From Chiloscyllium plagiosum (lineage: Eukaryota), in NCBI RefSeq assembly GCF_004010195.1, contig NC_057718.1, positions 18,992,588-19,056,587 of the forward strand: a DNA stretch of 64,000 nt. The letters are read 5' to 3'. Both the position numbers and the translations under genes were made by a program. Positions within the stretch are counted from its first letter, which is position 1. Each line of letters opens with the position of its first letter. The notes under the pieces are model-generated. The model searched no databases, had not been told where the DNA came from, and was given only the letters and a program-made list of their open reading frames with translations. Shown here piece by piece: positions 39,201 through 54,200 of the stretch.

Positions 39201-42200
39201 GCATTTTTGTTGTCTCCTGCTGTGTTCTGAGTAGAGTTGTTACTTTGACAGTCTGGTTTAAGTATGAGTGATGTGTGCTGCCCTGTGGAGTAATTAGCAT
39301 CTCAGTGCTGGGCATATTGACTTGAGAGAGGGTGCTGCTATTGGACCACTTCTCTGGCCACTGGAGTTGAACATTCTTATAAAGGTACATTGGTACCTTC
39401 GAGTGTTTTGAGGTGTCTGTTGTAAGCTGCCCAAGTTTGAGATGTATAGTTAGTGTGAATGGCATCTCTTGGCTCTTAGGTTTTACATCCTCCATTCTTT
39501 GCCACAAAAAGAATTTCTGTGTGCTAATTGTATGATGGTAGCTCAGTGGTTAGCACTGCTGCCTCACAGCGCCAGGGACCTGGGTTTGATTCCAGCTTTG
39601 GGTGACTGTCTATGTGGGTTTCCTCCAAGTGCTCGGGTTTCCCTCCACGGTCCAAAGATATGCAGGTTAGATGAATTAGCCATGCTAAAATTGCCCACAT
39701 GTTCATGGGTGTGTACGTTAGGTGCATTCGTCAGGGGAAATGTAAAGTAATAGGGTAGGGGAATGGGTCTGGATGGGATACCCTTTGGAGTGTCGGTGTG
39801 GACTTGTTGGGCCGAAGGGCCTGTTTCCACACAGTAGAGAGCTTTGCATGGCTGGAGGCTAGAGAGTTATGGCCTGTTTCCACACTGTAGGGATTCTATG
39901 AAAAGAAGACATTCAGGATATTTACTATTAATCTACAAGCTAATTTCAAAGACTTGAGAATGACAGACAAACATGACCTGATTTGAATTCCGATCAACCT
40001 AGAACACAATAGTTGCTTTTTCAGCTCAAACATTGTTTATTTCTAGATTCATGTGTGTGCCATCAATATAAACAGCTCTAGAGCTGTGTGGTGCTGAGCT
40101 TTGAATTTGTCTACTGCTAACAGTTTCTGGATGTTAACTGGAATGTTGGGCTCAAAAGGACCTTCCTGCAGTCTACTACCTTGGTTTTCTCTGTGCTAAT
40201 CATAAGGCCAAAGTTATAGCTGGCATTGAAGAACAAGTCCCGTTACATTTTATTTCCAGCTCTGAGTCAGCAGCTGCATGTGGTAATTAACAAACAGGAA
40301 ATCATGTACTGTGACATTGAAGACCACCTTCTTGACCTGAAGTCATCTTGAGATTGTGCAGCTTCCCATTATACAATGTCTGATTTCAGTGCCAGGGTCA
40401 CCTTCATGGAAAGCATCAGAGAATACGGTGGAGAAAATACTATAAGAAATGGAAGCAAGTGTAGCCTTCAGCAGATTTTGGATGAAAGGAGTAAGTCTAA
40501 GCGCCATTGTTAAAGTCTACAAAGCAGTAGTTTTGCACATCTGCTCCATGCATGTGAAACTGAATCGTGTATCAAAGTCATGCCAAGAAGCTGAGCTACT
40601 TTCAGAAGCTTTCAAAGATCACCCCTGGTGGAACAGAATGACCAGACAGAGGTGCTCACCCAAGCTGACCTACATCCATGATATATTGAGTCACAACTGG
40701 TTTGGACTGATCATATAACTAGAAAGTCACTTGCTCACTGAAACACACGATCTGTGATGTACTCTTACGGCAGTCAAAAGAAGCATGACAAGGAGTCTGC
40801 TTCATTTTCGGAACTTCTTTATTGACTGAGTCCTGGGGGAGCCTTGCCCAGGACCATTGCATATCGTGCTACAGAATAAAAATGTGTGCTTATTATTGAG
40901 GAAGGCTGCGCTACCATTGGGAAGAGTGTAAGGAGGGAAAATCCCAAGCCAGCAATTCATTCAAAACTCAATCATTGAGGATATATATACTATTTGCAGC
41001 AGAATCGTTCTGCATTGGCAGTCATCTGCATACCTACCAGAATCCTACAACTTCCCAAAGATGAACTTGGTCATCCTCTCTTCACAATTAAAAATATTTT
41101 TAGATGGTTTTATGTACTGGTACTCCCCACAAATACAAAATTTTAAATTAAAATTACAATAGTATTTAGATGATAAGACAAAACTTTCTGATATGAGGCA
41201 TGATTCTGTTGAACTGCAATTAATAAAGTCTTGCCTCCTGGAATTAACATTTAAACTTAACATTTTCACAAGTTTCTGTTGACAAGTGTAACATTAATAT
41301 GAAGCTTCAGTTTAAAAATAAAGAAGATTGGTACATTGTAGAGTTTAGGGCTTCTTTTGTTTCGAGAAATGCACTTGTAATAGTGGAATCGAGAGGCTTT
41401 CTGGAATGCTCACAGAAAATGTTTAATTTTGCAGATACAAGGGTCCACTACTAGATGATGGAGCTCTCAATTTGGCAGCCGTTGGTGGGGCAGCTTCTCC
41501 AGAATACACTAAGCTATGTACCTGGCTTGTAGCAGAACTGAAAGTTTTCTACAAGCTGGTAGAAAATGTCAATGCAACAGCTAGTAAGTTTTATTTATTA
41601 AACTATATCCAGTTGCATTACCCAAATGATATATCAACTTAAATCCATTTTGCACATAAAACAATCATCATTTGGAAATGAGTGTGTAATATCATCATCG
41701 GTAGTAGAAATATGTATTTTGGTATCTTGAAAAGGAACTACCGTAATGACTCAGACAGGCTATTGTATATCAGTTGGAACAATGTTATCTGTTCAGTTCA
41801 AACCATTAAATCATGGCAGTCTTTTTAATCCAACATTTGGAGTTCCACCAAAGAACCATATTAGACTCCGCATTGACACTATTTTTCTCTTTCCAAAGAT
41901 CCTCGGAGACCTGCTGGGTTTTACCAGCTATTTGTCTCATTATTTCAGATCTCTAGCATTTGTAGTACTTGCTTTTATTTGGAAGTTAACATTGACTATG
42001 TGTTAACAGTGAAATTACCTTACTGAAGATGATACCACAAAAGTAGCACAGACTCTATTCTATCACATAAACATGTTCAAGTGACATTGCATTCAGAAAG
42101 CTTTGACTTAACTGTAATGCCAGTTATGTCATGTCTGTATCTCTTGATTGGAAGGAAAGGGAGGTGTTTAATGCATATTGTAAATGGCTTGATTGAGTAA

Positions 42201-45200
42201 AATTTATATTTTGAAAAAGAAAATAATTTAATGTCGATAACCTTGACTATTATCTAGGTGTAGGACTTTAGGTCATGTGATTCTTTTTCCTTTTAATTTT
42301 ATTTTAAACTCTCTCCTAGGCCCCACAGAAGCTGAAGAGTTTCAACTAGAGATGAGCGGTTTGTTGGCTGAGATGAATTGTCCCTATTCTGTTCTAACCA
42401 CTGGAGATGTCACAAAACGCCTCCTCAACAAAAATAATTGCCTTTTGCTGCTCAGTAAGTTGTAGGAGTATTTGAATTTTTTTTTGATTAATTATTGTAT
42501 TTGAAACTTAAATCTCAGTCATAATGCTTGAAAGTGTTCAATGCTAAAGATGCATTCTCTCTCCAAGGTCTCATACACATGTGTACATGGGTATGCCAGT
42601 CAAGTGGTTACATTACTAGGCTAGCAATCGATATGGCTTCTAATGCCTACCATGACAAATTAGAAAGTACATTAATTTGTGACAGGTACCTAATAAAATA
42701 TCAATACAACTCAACAGAGACCTGATTTATGGGTTCAATGGGCCAAATAGCTGCCTTTTATGCCAGAATGACTCTGAATCTGTGAAGGCTACAGGTTGTC
42801 TCACAAGTACAACTGCTTCCCTGATATCCTTCAGGGAAGGGAACCCACCTTACTGTCCCACCTGTTCATTAAAAAGTTAACGTAGTTAATAGCTCTGGCC
42901 ATGTTCAAACTGTTCAAAAGATTAGAGGTATGTGACATTTAAATACAATGTCAACTATAAAATTTTATACATTATTTGCTTTCTGATACACGAATACAGA
43001 TCTGTATGTCACATGGGGTATGCGATGTATATTCTTTATTGGGTTTCAAAGTAATTGTCTTAGTCATGGTCAAATAATCAGCAAATTGATTGTGGCTGGA
43101 TTTATTTTAGAGTAGTCATAGTCATAGAGATATACAGCATGGAAACAGACCCTTCGGTCCAACCCATCCATGCCGACCAGATATCCCAACCCAATCTAGT
43201 CCCACCTGCCAGCACCCGGCCTGTATCCCTCCACATCCCTCCTATTCATATACCCATCCAAATGCCTCTTAAATGTTGCAATTGTACCAGCCTCTGTCAT
43301 TACTCAAAAAACAAATAGTGGAACAAGAGTATTGTGGATCTTGCAGCTGCTCCTGAGTTGCAGGTTTCCCTTGTGATTTTCTTCTGGCTTTTATAGCAGA
43401 AGCTGAAAAAATATTCATTTTACAATTATTTTCGCAACTTTTCTAAACAAAATTCAAGAGTGAGAAGCCGGAAGTTGCCATATGCATTGGTAGGAATGAC
43501 ATGGTTAGGGAAAGGGTTAAGGCTTTGCAGTGTGAATATAGGAAGTTAGATAGAAGATTTAAAAGTAGAACCTCCAAGGTAGTAATGGCTGGTTTACTCC
43601 CAGTGCCACCTTAGAGTAAGAATAGAAGGATAGAACAAATAAATCAGTGGGTGAATAGGTGGTGCAGTGTGCAAGGATTCAGATTTTTGAATCATTGGGA
43701 TCTCTTCTGGGGCAGAAAAGAGCTGTTCAAAAGACATGGGTGAGGGGATTTGCCAGTTCTATTTTTGAGTCTTTAAGCTTTTCGGGGGTAGTTCCCAAGT
43801 AGCACTGAAAATAGGCAAATGAGAATGGTTCTGAATCAAAAAAAGAGCAAGTTAATTAGAAAAGACAATCAAGAGCAAGTCAGAAAACAAGGTAATTTTG
43901 AAGAATTATACTGCATTTATTTCAATGTAAGGGGCCTTACAGGTAAGACTGATGAACTCAGGCCACGTATGCGAATATGGGACTGGGATGTCATATCTAT
44001 TACAGAAACTTGGCTGAGGGAAGGACAGGACTGGCAGCTCAATGTTCTGGCTTTTAAATGCTGTAGGGAGGATAGCAAGAGAGAAGGGGTAGAGGCACTT
44101 TTGATTAAGGAAAACATTGCTACCCTACTTAGGATATTTTTGAGGGATTGTCCAGTGAAGCTATATGGGTATAACTTAGAAGTAAGACAGGGATGATTGC
44201 TGCCACAAACCCCCCCCCCCCCCCCACCCCCAAAAAGGATTGTCAGAGGGAAATAGAGGATCAAATATGTAGATATATGTAAGAGTGATATTCAAGATTG
44301 TAAATAGGTGATTTTAATTTTACAAAAATTTAATTGTGACTGCTATAGTGTTAAAGGTTTGGATTGTGAAGAATTTGTTAAACGTGTTTTAGATAATTTT
44401 CTTTACCAATATGTAAATCTTCCTTCCAGAGAAGGAGTAAAACTCAACCTTCCCTTGGAAAATAAGGCAGGGCAATTAATTGAAGTGTTAGTCGAGCAAC
44501 ATTTTGGGAGTAGTGATCATGATTCTGATAGTTTTTAAATAGTTATGGAAAAGGATAGGCCTTCCATAAAAGTTAGTTATATAGTTGGACAACCAATGCT
44601 GACCATGTTCCCAAACTAAACTAGTCCCACCTGCCTGCGTTTATCCCATATCCCTTCAAACCTTTCCTATTCATGGACTTGTCCAAATGTCTTTTAAATA
44701 TTGTAATTGTACCTGCATCTACCACTTTTTCTGGCAGTTCATTCCACACATGAGCGACTCTTGTTAGATTGGTTTCATTTTGGAACATGGTCGGCATGGA
44801 CTAGTTGGACCGAAGGGTCTGTTACCATCCTGTATGACTCTGTGACTCTTCTTCCATTCGAATTTTTAAACATCGTCAGGAATAAGAAGGGCAAATTCAT
44901 TATCTGTTTTGCTGATCTTGTGTTTAAGTTGTCAATGTGTATCTTGATCTACAAAGGAATAATGTCTTTAAGCACAGGAGGTGGCCAGTTTGGTCCAATC
45001 TGTCTGTTCCAGCTAATTACTCAACTGATCTCTACTGCAGAATCTGGTTAATTGTTGCTCAAGTATGTCGATCCTCTGATACTGAGATTCAATTTTGATG
45101 TTTCATGGAAATATTTCTCCCCCTTAATTTACTGAGGACTCATGATGGCTTACAAATGACACTCCACATCTGCCTTCATTTCATATAAGAAATGTGACTG

Positions 45201-48200
45201 ACTTACTGCTGCCAGTATTGTATCAAATAAACCATAATTGACAGGCATGTGGGGATTTAAAAGCAACTACAGACCCCTCGTCTCCTGCTGTGTATGCACA
45301 CATACTAATTTTCTCCAGTCCAGAAGTCATCATGCTATGGTACATTTCCAGCAGTACTGAATCATAGTGGCAACTTGCATTTATATGGTGCCTTCAACAT
45401 AGTAAAATTCCTCCAAGCTGCTTTGCAGAAGCACTAGGAGATGGTTTTGATACAGAGCCCTAAATGGAGATATTAGGGTAGATGCTCAGAACTTTGCTCA
45501 CCTGAGTAGCTTTTATGTACTGTTTTAAGGAGGGAAAAGGTTTATGGGGCCGTTTCTAGAGTTGACTTTTTAGTGGGTTGTATGGCTGAAGGAGAATACA
45601 GACATTTTGAGCAGTGCGCACCTGGAGGCATTTGAAATATAGGGTGAGAATTTTAAAATTCAGGCATTGTTTAAACAGGAGCCAAGTTGTATAAGAGGCA
45701 CACAGGGCTTGGCAGGGAAGTTGGAACAAGGGCAGCAGAGGATACAACATGAAGCAACCCACCAGTTACATCAAAATAGTTGAACAAGGTCAACAGACAT
45801 GAGGCTTTCAGCAGCAGTTGAGTTGGAATGACATAGTGTTGGATGATATGATTAGATTAGATTCCCTAGTGTGGAAACAGGTCCTTCGGCCCAACAAGTC
45901 CACACCGACCCTCTGAAGAGTAACCCACCCAGACCCATTGCCCTACATTTACCCCTGACTAATGGACCTAACACTGTGGGCAACTTAGCATGGCCAATTC
46001 ACCTGGCCTGCACATCTTTGTGATTGTGGTAGGAAACCGGAGCACCCGGAGGAAACCCACGCAGACATGGGGAGACCGTACAAACTCCACACACAGTGGC
46101 TCAAGGCAGGAATCGAACACTGAGGCAGCAGTGCTTACCACTGAGCTACCATGCTGCCCATATGCCTCAGTACTATACAACACTAGACAGTAAACTGACC
46201 AACTGAATCAACAGGGAACAGCATTAAAACTTGAAGTCTCTGAGCGAGTTTCAATGAATCTTTATCTCAAATGATAGAGTAATGAAATTAGGTCCATATA
46301 TTTATGACAAATGTGAAAATACCCGCAACCTATCTTAATTTGTGGTCTACAACTCGTTTTGGGATCAAATGTGACCTTTAGATTGCAAACAGTCTGTTCA
46401 GCCTTCAATAACTGCTCATTAATAAAGTCATGAGGTATGGGATACAGGGAGATTTGGCTATCTGGATTCAAAATTGATTGATTGATAGAAGGCAGAGTGG
46501 TTGTAGATGGAAAATATTCTGCCCGGAGGTCAGTGAGTGGGGTCCTGCAGGGCTCTCTTCTTGGGCCTCTGCTCTTTGTAGTTTTTATAAATGACTTGGA
46601 TGAGGAGGTTTAGGGGTGGGTTAGTAAATTTGCACATGACACAAAGTTTGGAGGTGTCGTCGATAGTCTCAAGGGCTACTGCAGCGTGACATAGACAGGA
46701 TGCAGAGTTGGGCTGAGAAATGGCCGATGGAGTTCAACCTAGATAAATGCGAAGTGATGGATTTTGGAAGGTCGAACTCGAATGCTGACTATAGGAATAA
46801 AGATAGGATTCTTGGCAGTATGGACGAATAGAGGGATCTGGGTGTGCAAGTACATAGACCCCTCAAAGCTGCCACCCAAGTGGATAGGGTTGTTAAGAAA
46901 GTATATGGTGTTTTGACTTCCATTAACAGGGGAAACGAGCTTATGAGCCACAAGGTTTTGCTACAGCTCTACAAGTCCCTGGTGAGACCACACTTGGAAT
47001 ATTGTGTTCAGTTTTGATCGCCCTAGTATAGAAAAGATACGCAGGCTTTGGAGAGGGTGCAAAGAAGGTTTACCAGGAACGCTGTCTGGACTGGAGGGCT
47101 TGTCTTATGAAGAGAGGTTGACTAAGCTCAGACTTTTCTCTCTTGAGAGAAGGAGGAAGAGAGGTGACCTGATAGAGGTATACAAGGTAATGAGAGGCAT
47201 GGATAGAGTCAGTAGCCAGAGACTTTTCCCCTGGGCAGGATTGATTGGCACAAGGGGTCATAGTTTTAAGGTATTAGGAGAAAGGTATAGAGGGGACTTC
47301 AGAGGTAGGTCCTTAACATGGAGAGTTGTGAATGCACGGAATGGGTTGCCAGTGGTGGTGGTGGAAGCTGAGTCATTTAAGCGACTGCTGGACATGCACA
47401 TGCACATGGACAGTAGTGAATTGAAGGGTGCGTACGTTAGGTTATTTTATATTCAGATTAATCCTCGGCACGACATCGTGGGCTGAGGGGCCTGTTCTGT
47501 GCTGTACTTTTCAATGTTCTAAGGAAAGGGATCAAATTAGTGGCTGTGGAACAGCCTTTCAGACAGAAGTGACAGTTTAAAATACTTAGTTGGAGTTAAT
47601 TTCTGGATACTTGATACCAGATGGTGGACCAGCAGTGTGAAAATTTTCGATGGTTGATATGGGGATGGTGATGTTATGATGGCTGTCAGGATAGTTGATG
47701 TGAAAACTGCTGTTTTTGAAAGATGCTGTGGAGTGGTAGTGTGGAGGCTGAGACCGAGATGAAAGTTGGAGGGTGGTGAAAAGGATGAATGTTATGATTG
47801 ATCATATCCATTACCATCAAGGAGCACTGAGCAATTTACAATTGTTCTGCTGCTGCCCTGGCTGACATCACCTATCTGAAGGTAAAAACAATGACTGCAG
47901 ATGCTGGAAACCAGATTCTGGATCAGTGGTGCTGGAAGAGCACAGCAATTCAGGCAGCATCCAACGAGCAGCAAAATCAACGTTTCGGGCAAAAGCCCTT
48001 CATCAGGAATACCACCAGAAGCTAAGGACAGGGGAGTGCAGTACTACATGGATCATTTAGCAAAACGTTCATCAGAATGAGCAACTAAAAACAAAATTGT
48101 TTAACTTAGTTCTGGTGATCTTTTCTGTCTAAACGTGGATTGCTTTTGTATTTATTCAGGGAATGTGAAGTCAGTTGAAATTTTAAAACTGGCATTGGTA

Positions 48201-51200
48201 AGAGTTTGATCATTTGATCATGGAATTTAAATTATGTGGAATCAAGATAGGGAATTGGAGCAGTAATCCAGATGAATTATAATCCAATTGACTGGCAGAA
48301 AAGAATCAAGAAGCTAGGTGGCTTACTCCTGTTCCTATGTAACTATTGCGAGCCAAACTTTGCCAGTTCCAGATGATTATGAGATGATTATCTGCTGCTA
48401 CCCCAAACTACACCCAACAGTTTGGTTAACCGAGTCACTTACTATATTATTTGAAAGGGCAATTGGTTGGTTGCATTACTGCTGGACAGAAATTCCACTT
48501 GGGCTAGGCTGGGTTAAAGATCACAGGTTTTCTGCCCTAACGATATTAGTTTGCATGACAGTCAGGAAGTCTGGCAATCATTTGTTCAGGTTCAAGTTTC
48601 CAGGTTTTTAAAACACGAAAATTCCATGGAAGTTTAACCCATTCTGAAATACTAATCTGGTAACAAAGCCAAGTATGGATTTTGTGTTTTCACTTTTCTA
48701 GAGACAGAATTTTGGTCTTTGCCCTTTTTGTCATCTGTAGATGGGAAATCTGGCTTTAACACTCTTGTACTTGAAGTCATGAAAGAACTATGTTGAGCTA
48801 GAGATCTGAGACCTCAATACACCAGTTCCTTCCTTGTCACTACTTTACCGTGAGGCTGGTTGATAAATGAATGTAACCTGGAATTGGTAATTCAGTGACA
48901 GCTCTCAGTCTTGTGCCATTGAGTTTCTAGAGGTTCCCTTATGTTAGTCTGCTATGTACATGTACTGTTTCAGTCATAAACAGCAAAGCTTTTTTCTGAA
49001 GCACTTTGTTGGTTACAAGCCACTTGCTTTGGTGGCATTTTTAACTGTGAAATGAAAATTTTGTGCAAAAGCAAAGTGGCATCAAAATAATATCTAGGTA
49101 TTGTTTTTAAAATGCCATGTTAATGTGAATGTTCTAAAGTGCCATGTGACAACTCTGAATAATTTTTAAAAATCAATAAATATATGGATTTAAGTGTATT
49201 ACTCTATTGTCATTTGAAATGAAGATTTGTTGAAATTCTCTCGGGCACTTCAAGTTTTAATGCTACTCTCTGATTCAGTTGGTCAGTTTACAATCTAGTG
49301 TTTTATAGTACTGAGGCATATGAATCTGTAAATACTAATGCTAAATGCTATAATTGAACCTGGTAACAGAGTTCCAGAGGTGCAGCAAAAGCATATCAGC
49401 AACCTGTGTTCCTGTTGGTTGGCGTTGGAATCAAACTTGATTCCTCTCTTCATGTCAGATAATCTTTTTAACCATGGTCTTGCAGGTTCACACATAAATG
49501 GAGACCAGTTGATACCCATACTTTACCTGAGCAACAGTCACTGACCTCAGGAAAGGAAAGGAATTGGGTGAGGTAATGAACAAATACATTTGTAGCTTAT
49601 ATATCTCGTGTTTATGTTTTGCTGATTTTTGTTTCTGTAGCTTACCTGATTTCTGAGCTTGAATCTTCACGAATGCTTGGTGTGCACAACCCGCCAAAGA
49701 AGCAGCCAGATAAAACCAGCCAGTCGTTCATGGAGCTGAAATCCATATGTATTACTCTGGGTATGTCCAAGCCCCCAGATAACATCACCATGTTCCAGTT
49801 CTTCAGTGGGATTGAGAAAAAGGTACACAAGAACAAAATTGTCCTAATGTGCAGCATTTAAAACCTGGATCATTCAGCCAAACAGTACAAATAATTACTT
49901 TTTAAAAAATCCATTGGAATTTCCTCTTCAGGAAATAATAAATTCTTAAAAGAAACAGCACAGAATAGTTGAGAGAAGGTTTCTTTTAATCTTGCCTTTT
50001 GATTTCAAACAGTTATTTTGTTTCTAACTACTGTAAGATCTATACAGGTTGCACCTTTAATACAAGGTTCTATCCTCCGAGTATAAGGGAGCAATTTTAA
50101 TCCTACTTTCTCTTCTCTTAATCAGGGTTAAGAGTCTATTTGATGGCTTTCATAATTTCACTTAAGGGTTTGTTTATTTTGGGGAAAAGTACAAAGACAG
50201 GCGATTTCAGATTACCATAAATTCACAGTGGTCAAACCACATATCAAATTGGAAAACTGCATTTCCAGTGTGTCTCAGATTATTGACTGGAACTGTTTCA
50301 CTGCATTGTACCTTATTCTCAGGTGTCCACCATGCAATTGGGTATTTACTGTCTCCTTTCCAATACTCATTTGTGTATGGAAAGCCTTCAGATCAATAAA
50401 TTAGAATCAAATTGTTTTAAACATGAGCTTTCAGATGCAAAAGGCATCGACTTAAGCACAAAACTCTTTTGTCAGCATTACCAACTGTCAAGATGTATTG
50501 CATTATAAGCAGCTATGTAGTTGAGGTGTTTTATTTTTACTGTCTTTAAAGTAGATACTGTGCACAAAGTGCAAAAATGTCAATGTCTGTGTGTGTTCTG
50601 AACACTTAAATTATCTCGCCTCTCAACTTACTAAAGGAATACAAGTCAAGTTAACACAACCTTCACTCAAATTCTAATCCTGCCATCTTCATTTGCATTA
50701 TCAGTGGCCTTCGCTCCAATCTAGAATCAAGAATAGGAATGTCCACTTGTTACTTGACTCTCCACTCGATTCATGTATCTGACTATCAAGCAACCTATAT
50801 CAATGTACAACCGAGCCTACGTAACACTGTAATGAGTGGCTCACTACCTAATCTCTCAATGACACTCAAGTTTCTTAAGCTGAAGATAAGGATGTGATGG
50901 AGTTTAGACCATTGTCACAGGAATACTTCTCATCAAACTATCCAAAACTGAGCAGCTTTTTTGATTTGTGTCAAATCCCACTATTTCCTTTAATATCCAA
51001 CTCCTCTGTCAAAGCAATACTGTGCTTGTTGCAAATCCTGTCTACAGGGTGCACGACAGCAATTCATCAAATCTACTTCAGCAGCATTGAGTGCTTTCCA
51101 GGCTTCTGCATTTATTGAATCTTCATCGTTGATGCTTGATATCTTGAAATTCCTTACTTAAAACCACTATGAAACAAAACCACTGACTCAAGGACCTACC

Positions 51201-54200
51201 ACCATTACAATGGAGCATCTATAATCTAGAAATAAATACAGCCTTTTCAGTGTTCTCCACTCCCCAAGAAAGAAGAGGAAAGCACTCTATCATGTTAATT
51301 GTTCTTTCAAATTCTGCACAAACGATATGATGGTTATCATCTGCAAGGTTTGTATGGAAGAGTGACCTGAAAACCCTGCTTCAGAAAGTGGTCAGTGCAT
51401 TTGATTTAAACTCCAGGCTATGTTATGCTTCACCAGTGGTTGGAGAAAATTGGAAATTGCTTCCTTAAGATTTCCTGGCAGAATTCAAAAGACAAACAAT
51501 AAATAGTAAAAATCCTGACATTCAGAAACAAACTAGCATCTGAGAGAACTACCTTCAAGGAATATGCTCTTTATTAATTGCCACAAGGTTTTGTTTTGTT
51601 TCACTTTTTGAGGTGGTTGGCCTTGATGGAAGATTGGGGAGCTTTCTCCATTATGTAAGTACCTGTACTTCACCATGTTTTCTAGAAAAGTCCCAAGTGC
51701 AGTTATTTTAAACAATAGTCACATTGGTTCCACAGAGGACAATGTAATGAATGATCAGTTAACCGTCTTCTGGTGGTGAGATTTAAAGAGGAGTCATTGG
51801 GCAGGAAAGAGCTTCCTGTTCCTTCTAATAGTGCTATAAATTCTTATCAGCATTCATCTTAACGGACAAAGCCAATGAAGAATGACTTGGCCTGGCAGAG
51901 GACACTGGCAGGGCAGCTTCATGTAATGGGAAGTCAAGGAAATCTGACTTCATCGATTCTCTACTTTGTGCAGAATAGCAATGTTTGTGCCATTCTGACC
52001 AAGAATTTGTCCTGGATTTTCTTATTGAATCACACAAAAAGTGTTAATTTTCTGACTGACTGTGTTTGTTTATATCCACTGCATCCAAACCTAATTAATG
52101 TTTTACTCCTTCATAAACCTACCAGACTCACTGCCTTGCCTCAGGTTCAAGGATGAGATGTCTCTGGAATTATAGCCTGGAGTATTTTTAAGGATGACTT
52201 TTGCGTCCTGCTGTGAATTGAACCTGATGTTCAAAAAGTTGTTTTCCTTTTTCACGTGTTGCAGAAGTCACTTGGAAAGATTTGGAAAATCAGACATTTC
52301 CGAGTGCAGGACATTCTGTTGCATTTACAGGTGTTGCATAATCAGAGCAGATTGTTAGTGTAGTAAATTTCGTCCACCAGCAACTTATGCTGTTGTAAAG
52401 TGCACATGTTTTTGAACTCAGTATTTTCTTTAAATCTTCTGGACACTTGAACTTTCAATCACTAAGAAGTAAAAACCCTGTGGAAAGTGGTGAGATTTGA
52501 TTAGTGCATTTAGGCCTAAGTGTCCTCTGCTACTTTATCACCGGGATAAACTCAGAAATGGGATGGCTTGCTAATTGCTGGTGTTCAGTGCCACTCTCAG
52601 TTTCTCATGTGATATAGCAGTCCCTCCCTACATGCAGTATGATCTGCACAGTGTTCAAGCTTGGCCAAATAAATGGCAAGTAACATTATATACACACCTC
52701 AAGAGTGCCTAGCCATCACATTTTGATGTTCAGTAACATTCTAGTTGTCTTAATTCCCACCGCCTTGAAGCAGACATTCAACTGGGCCACCCATCTAAAC
52801 ATTCCAGATATAAGAGCAGGTAAGAGGCTGAGTGTTCTGTGACAAGTGGGTTCATGTCCTAATTCATCTCGGTCTCTCCACTGTCTACATGTGCAAGTCA
52901 GGAGCATGATGGTAGTATTGACCAGTTGGTTGGATGCAGCTGCAGTGACATAGAACCAAAACGTTTGACCTCCTCCAGGACAAAACAATCTTGATTGGCA
53001 CCACATCCAGCAGCTTAAATGTGCAGGACCCCCAAATCCTGTATTGATCAATTTATAGGATGCACAAAAACTACACTCTCAGCTTCTTTGTCAAAATTCC
53101 CCAACCCCACAACCTCCACCACCTAGAAGGGCAAGGGCAGCAAGTGCATTGGAAATCATCAACTCCAGGTTGTGTGCCACCTGACACCATTCCTTTAGTA
53201 TTGTTGAGTCAAATCCCCACCTACCAGCACTGGGAACACCATCACCCCTGGATGCAATCACTGAAGAAGGCCCATTGCCTTTTCATGCATTAGGTTGCTG
53301 TCTAGGGATATTTTAGGCTAAAGGCTAGTCAGTGCTCTCATTAACGAAAGGCAATGCTTTTACTGACTATGTTAAGAGACCTGACATAGTCAATAGAAGT
53401 GTGATATATTGAATATGTTCAAGAAAACCTAAGAGATATGTATGGCAAATAATGTCTTTATGATTTCTAGGCATTATGTAATAAAACGTACAAAGATGCA
53501 AAACTTTTCATACCTATTTTCAGGTCACATGATTGTTGAAGAGTTAAGAGGTTGTGATGGGTTAGGTATGTTGAGAATAAATGCCAGTTTTGCCAAAGTA
53601 ATCTACAAATATGCTGTATTAGTATACAGTACATCAAGAATATAGTATCCAAATTTATCCATTTAACATGATCATCAAACATTATAGTACCCTCTTTAAT
53701 GAAAAGTAGGCAGCTCGCCAGATGTCTATACAATCATCCTTCAGGAAACCAGCAGCACCAAAATGAAACAAATCATTGTAAAACATTAGTTTTTAAAAAA
53801 TATTCTAAAATGAAACCAAGAACAGCAGCTAGGGAGTAGAATTGGCTCTCCCCAAGACAGAGATCAGTAGCACAGAAAAAGCACTTTGGCCCATCATGTC
53901 TGTGCTTGTCAAAACTGAAATTGTTTCATTTTTAATTCAAATGGTTTTCCTGTGAAGCAGTGTAATTGGAACATTAATCTGAAGACAAAAGGTCCAGTTA
54001 AATATTAAATGCTTTCAGGAAAAGATCATGTTTCCTGATACAGCCATTTATACTTCAGCCAAGGTTAATTAATTTATTGGACTTAGTTGTATTTCCTACT
54101 ATTCGAGAGGGGTCAATGTATTAACAAGTTATTTGGGTTGGAAAATTTATTAAAAACAGAAATTGAAAATCTGGATCATGGGATCATGTCACATATCCTG

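Noticed and set aside
51600..51870. Possible ancient Deu-domain SINE remnant
   Set aside because: Similarity too weak to support without an alignment.
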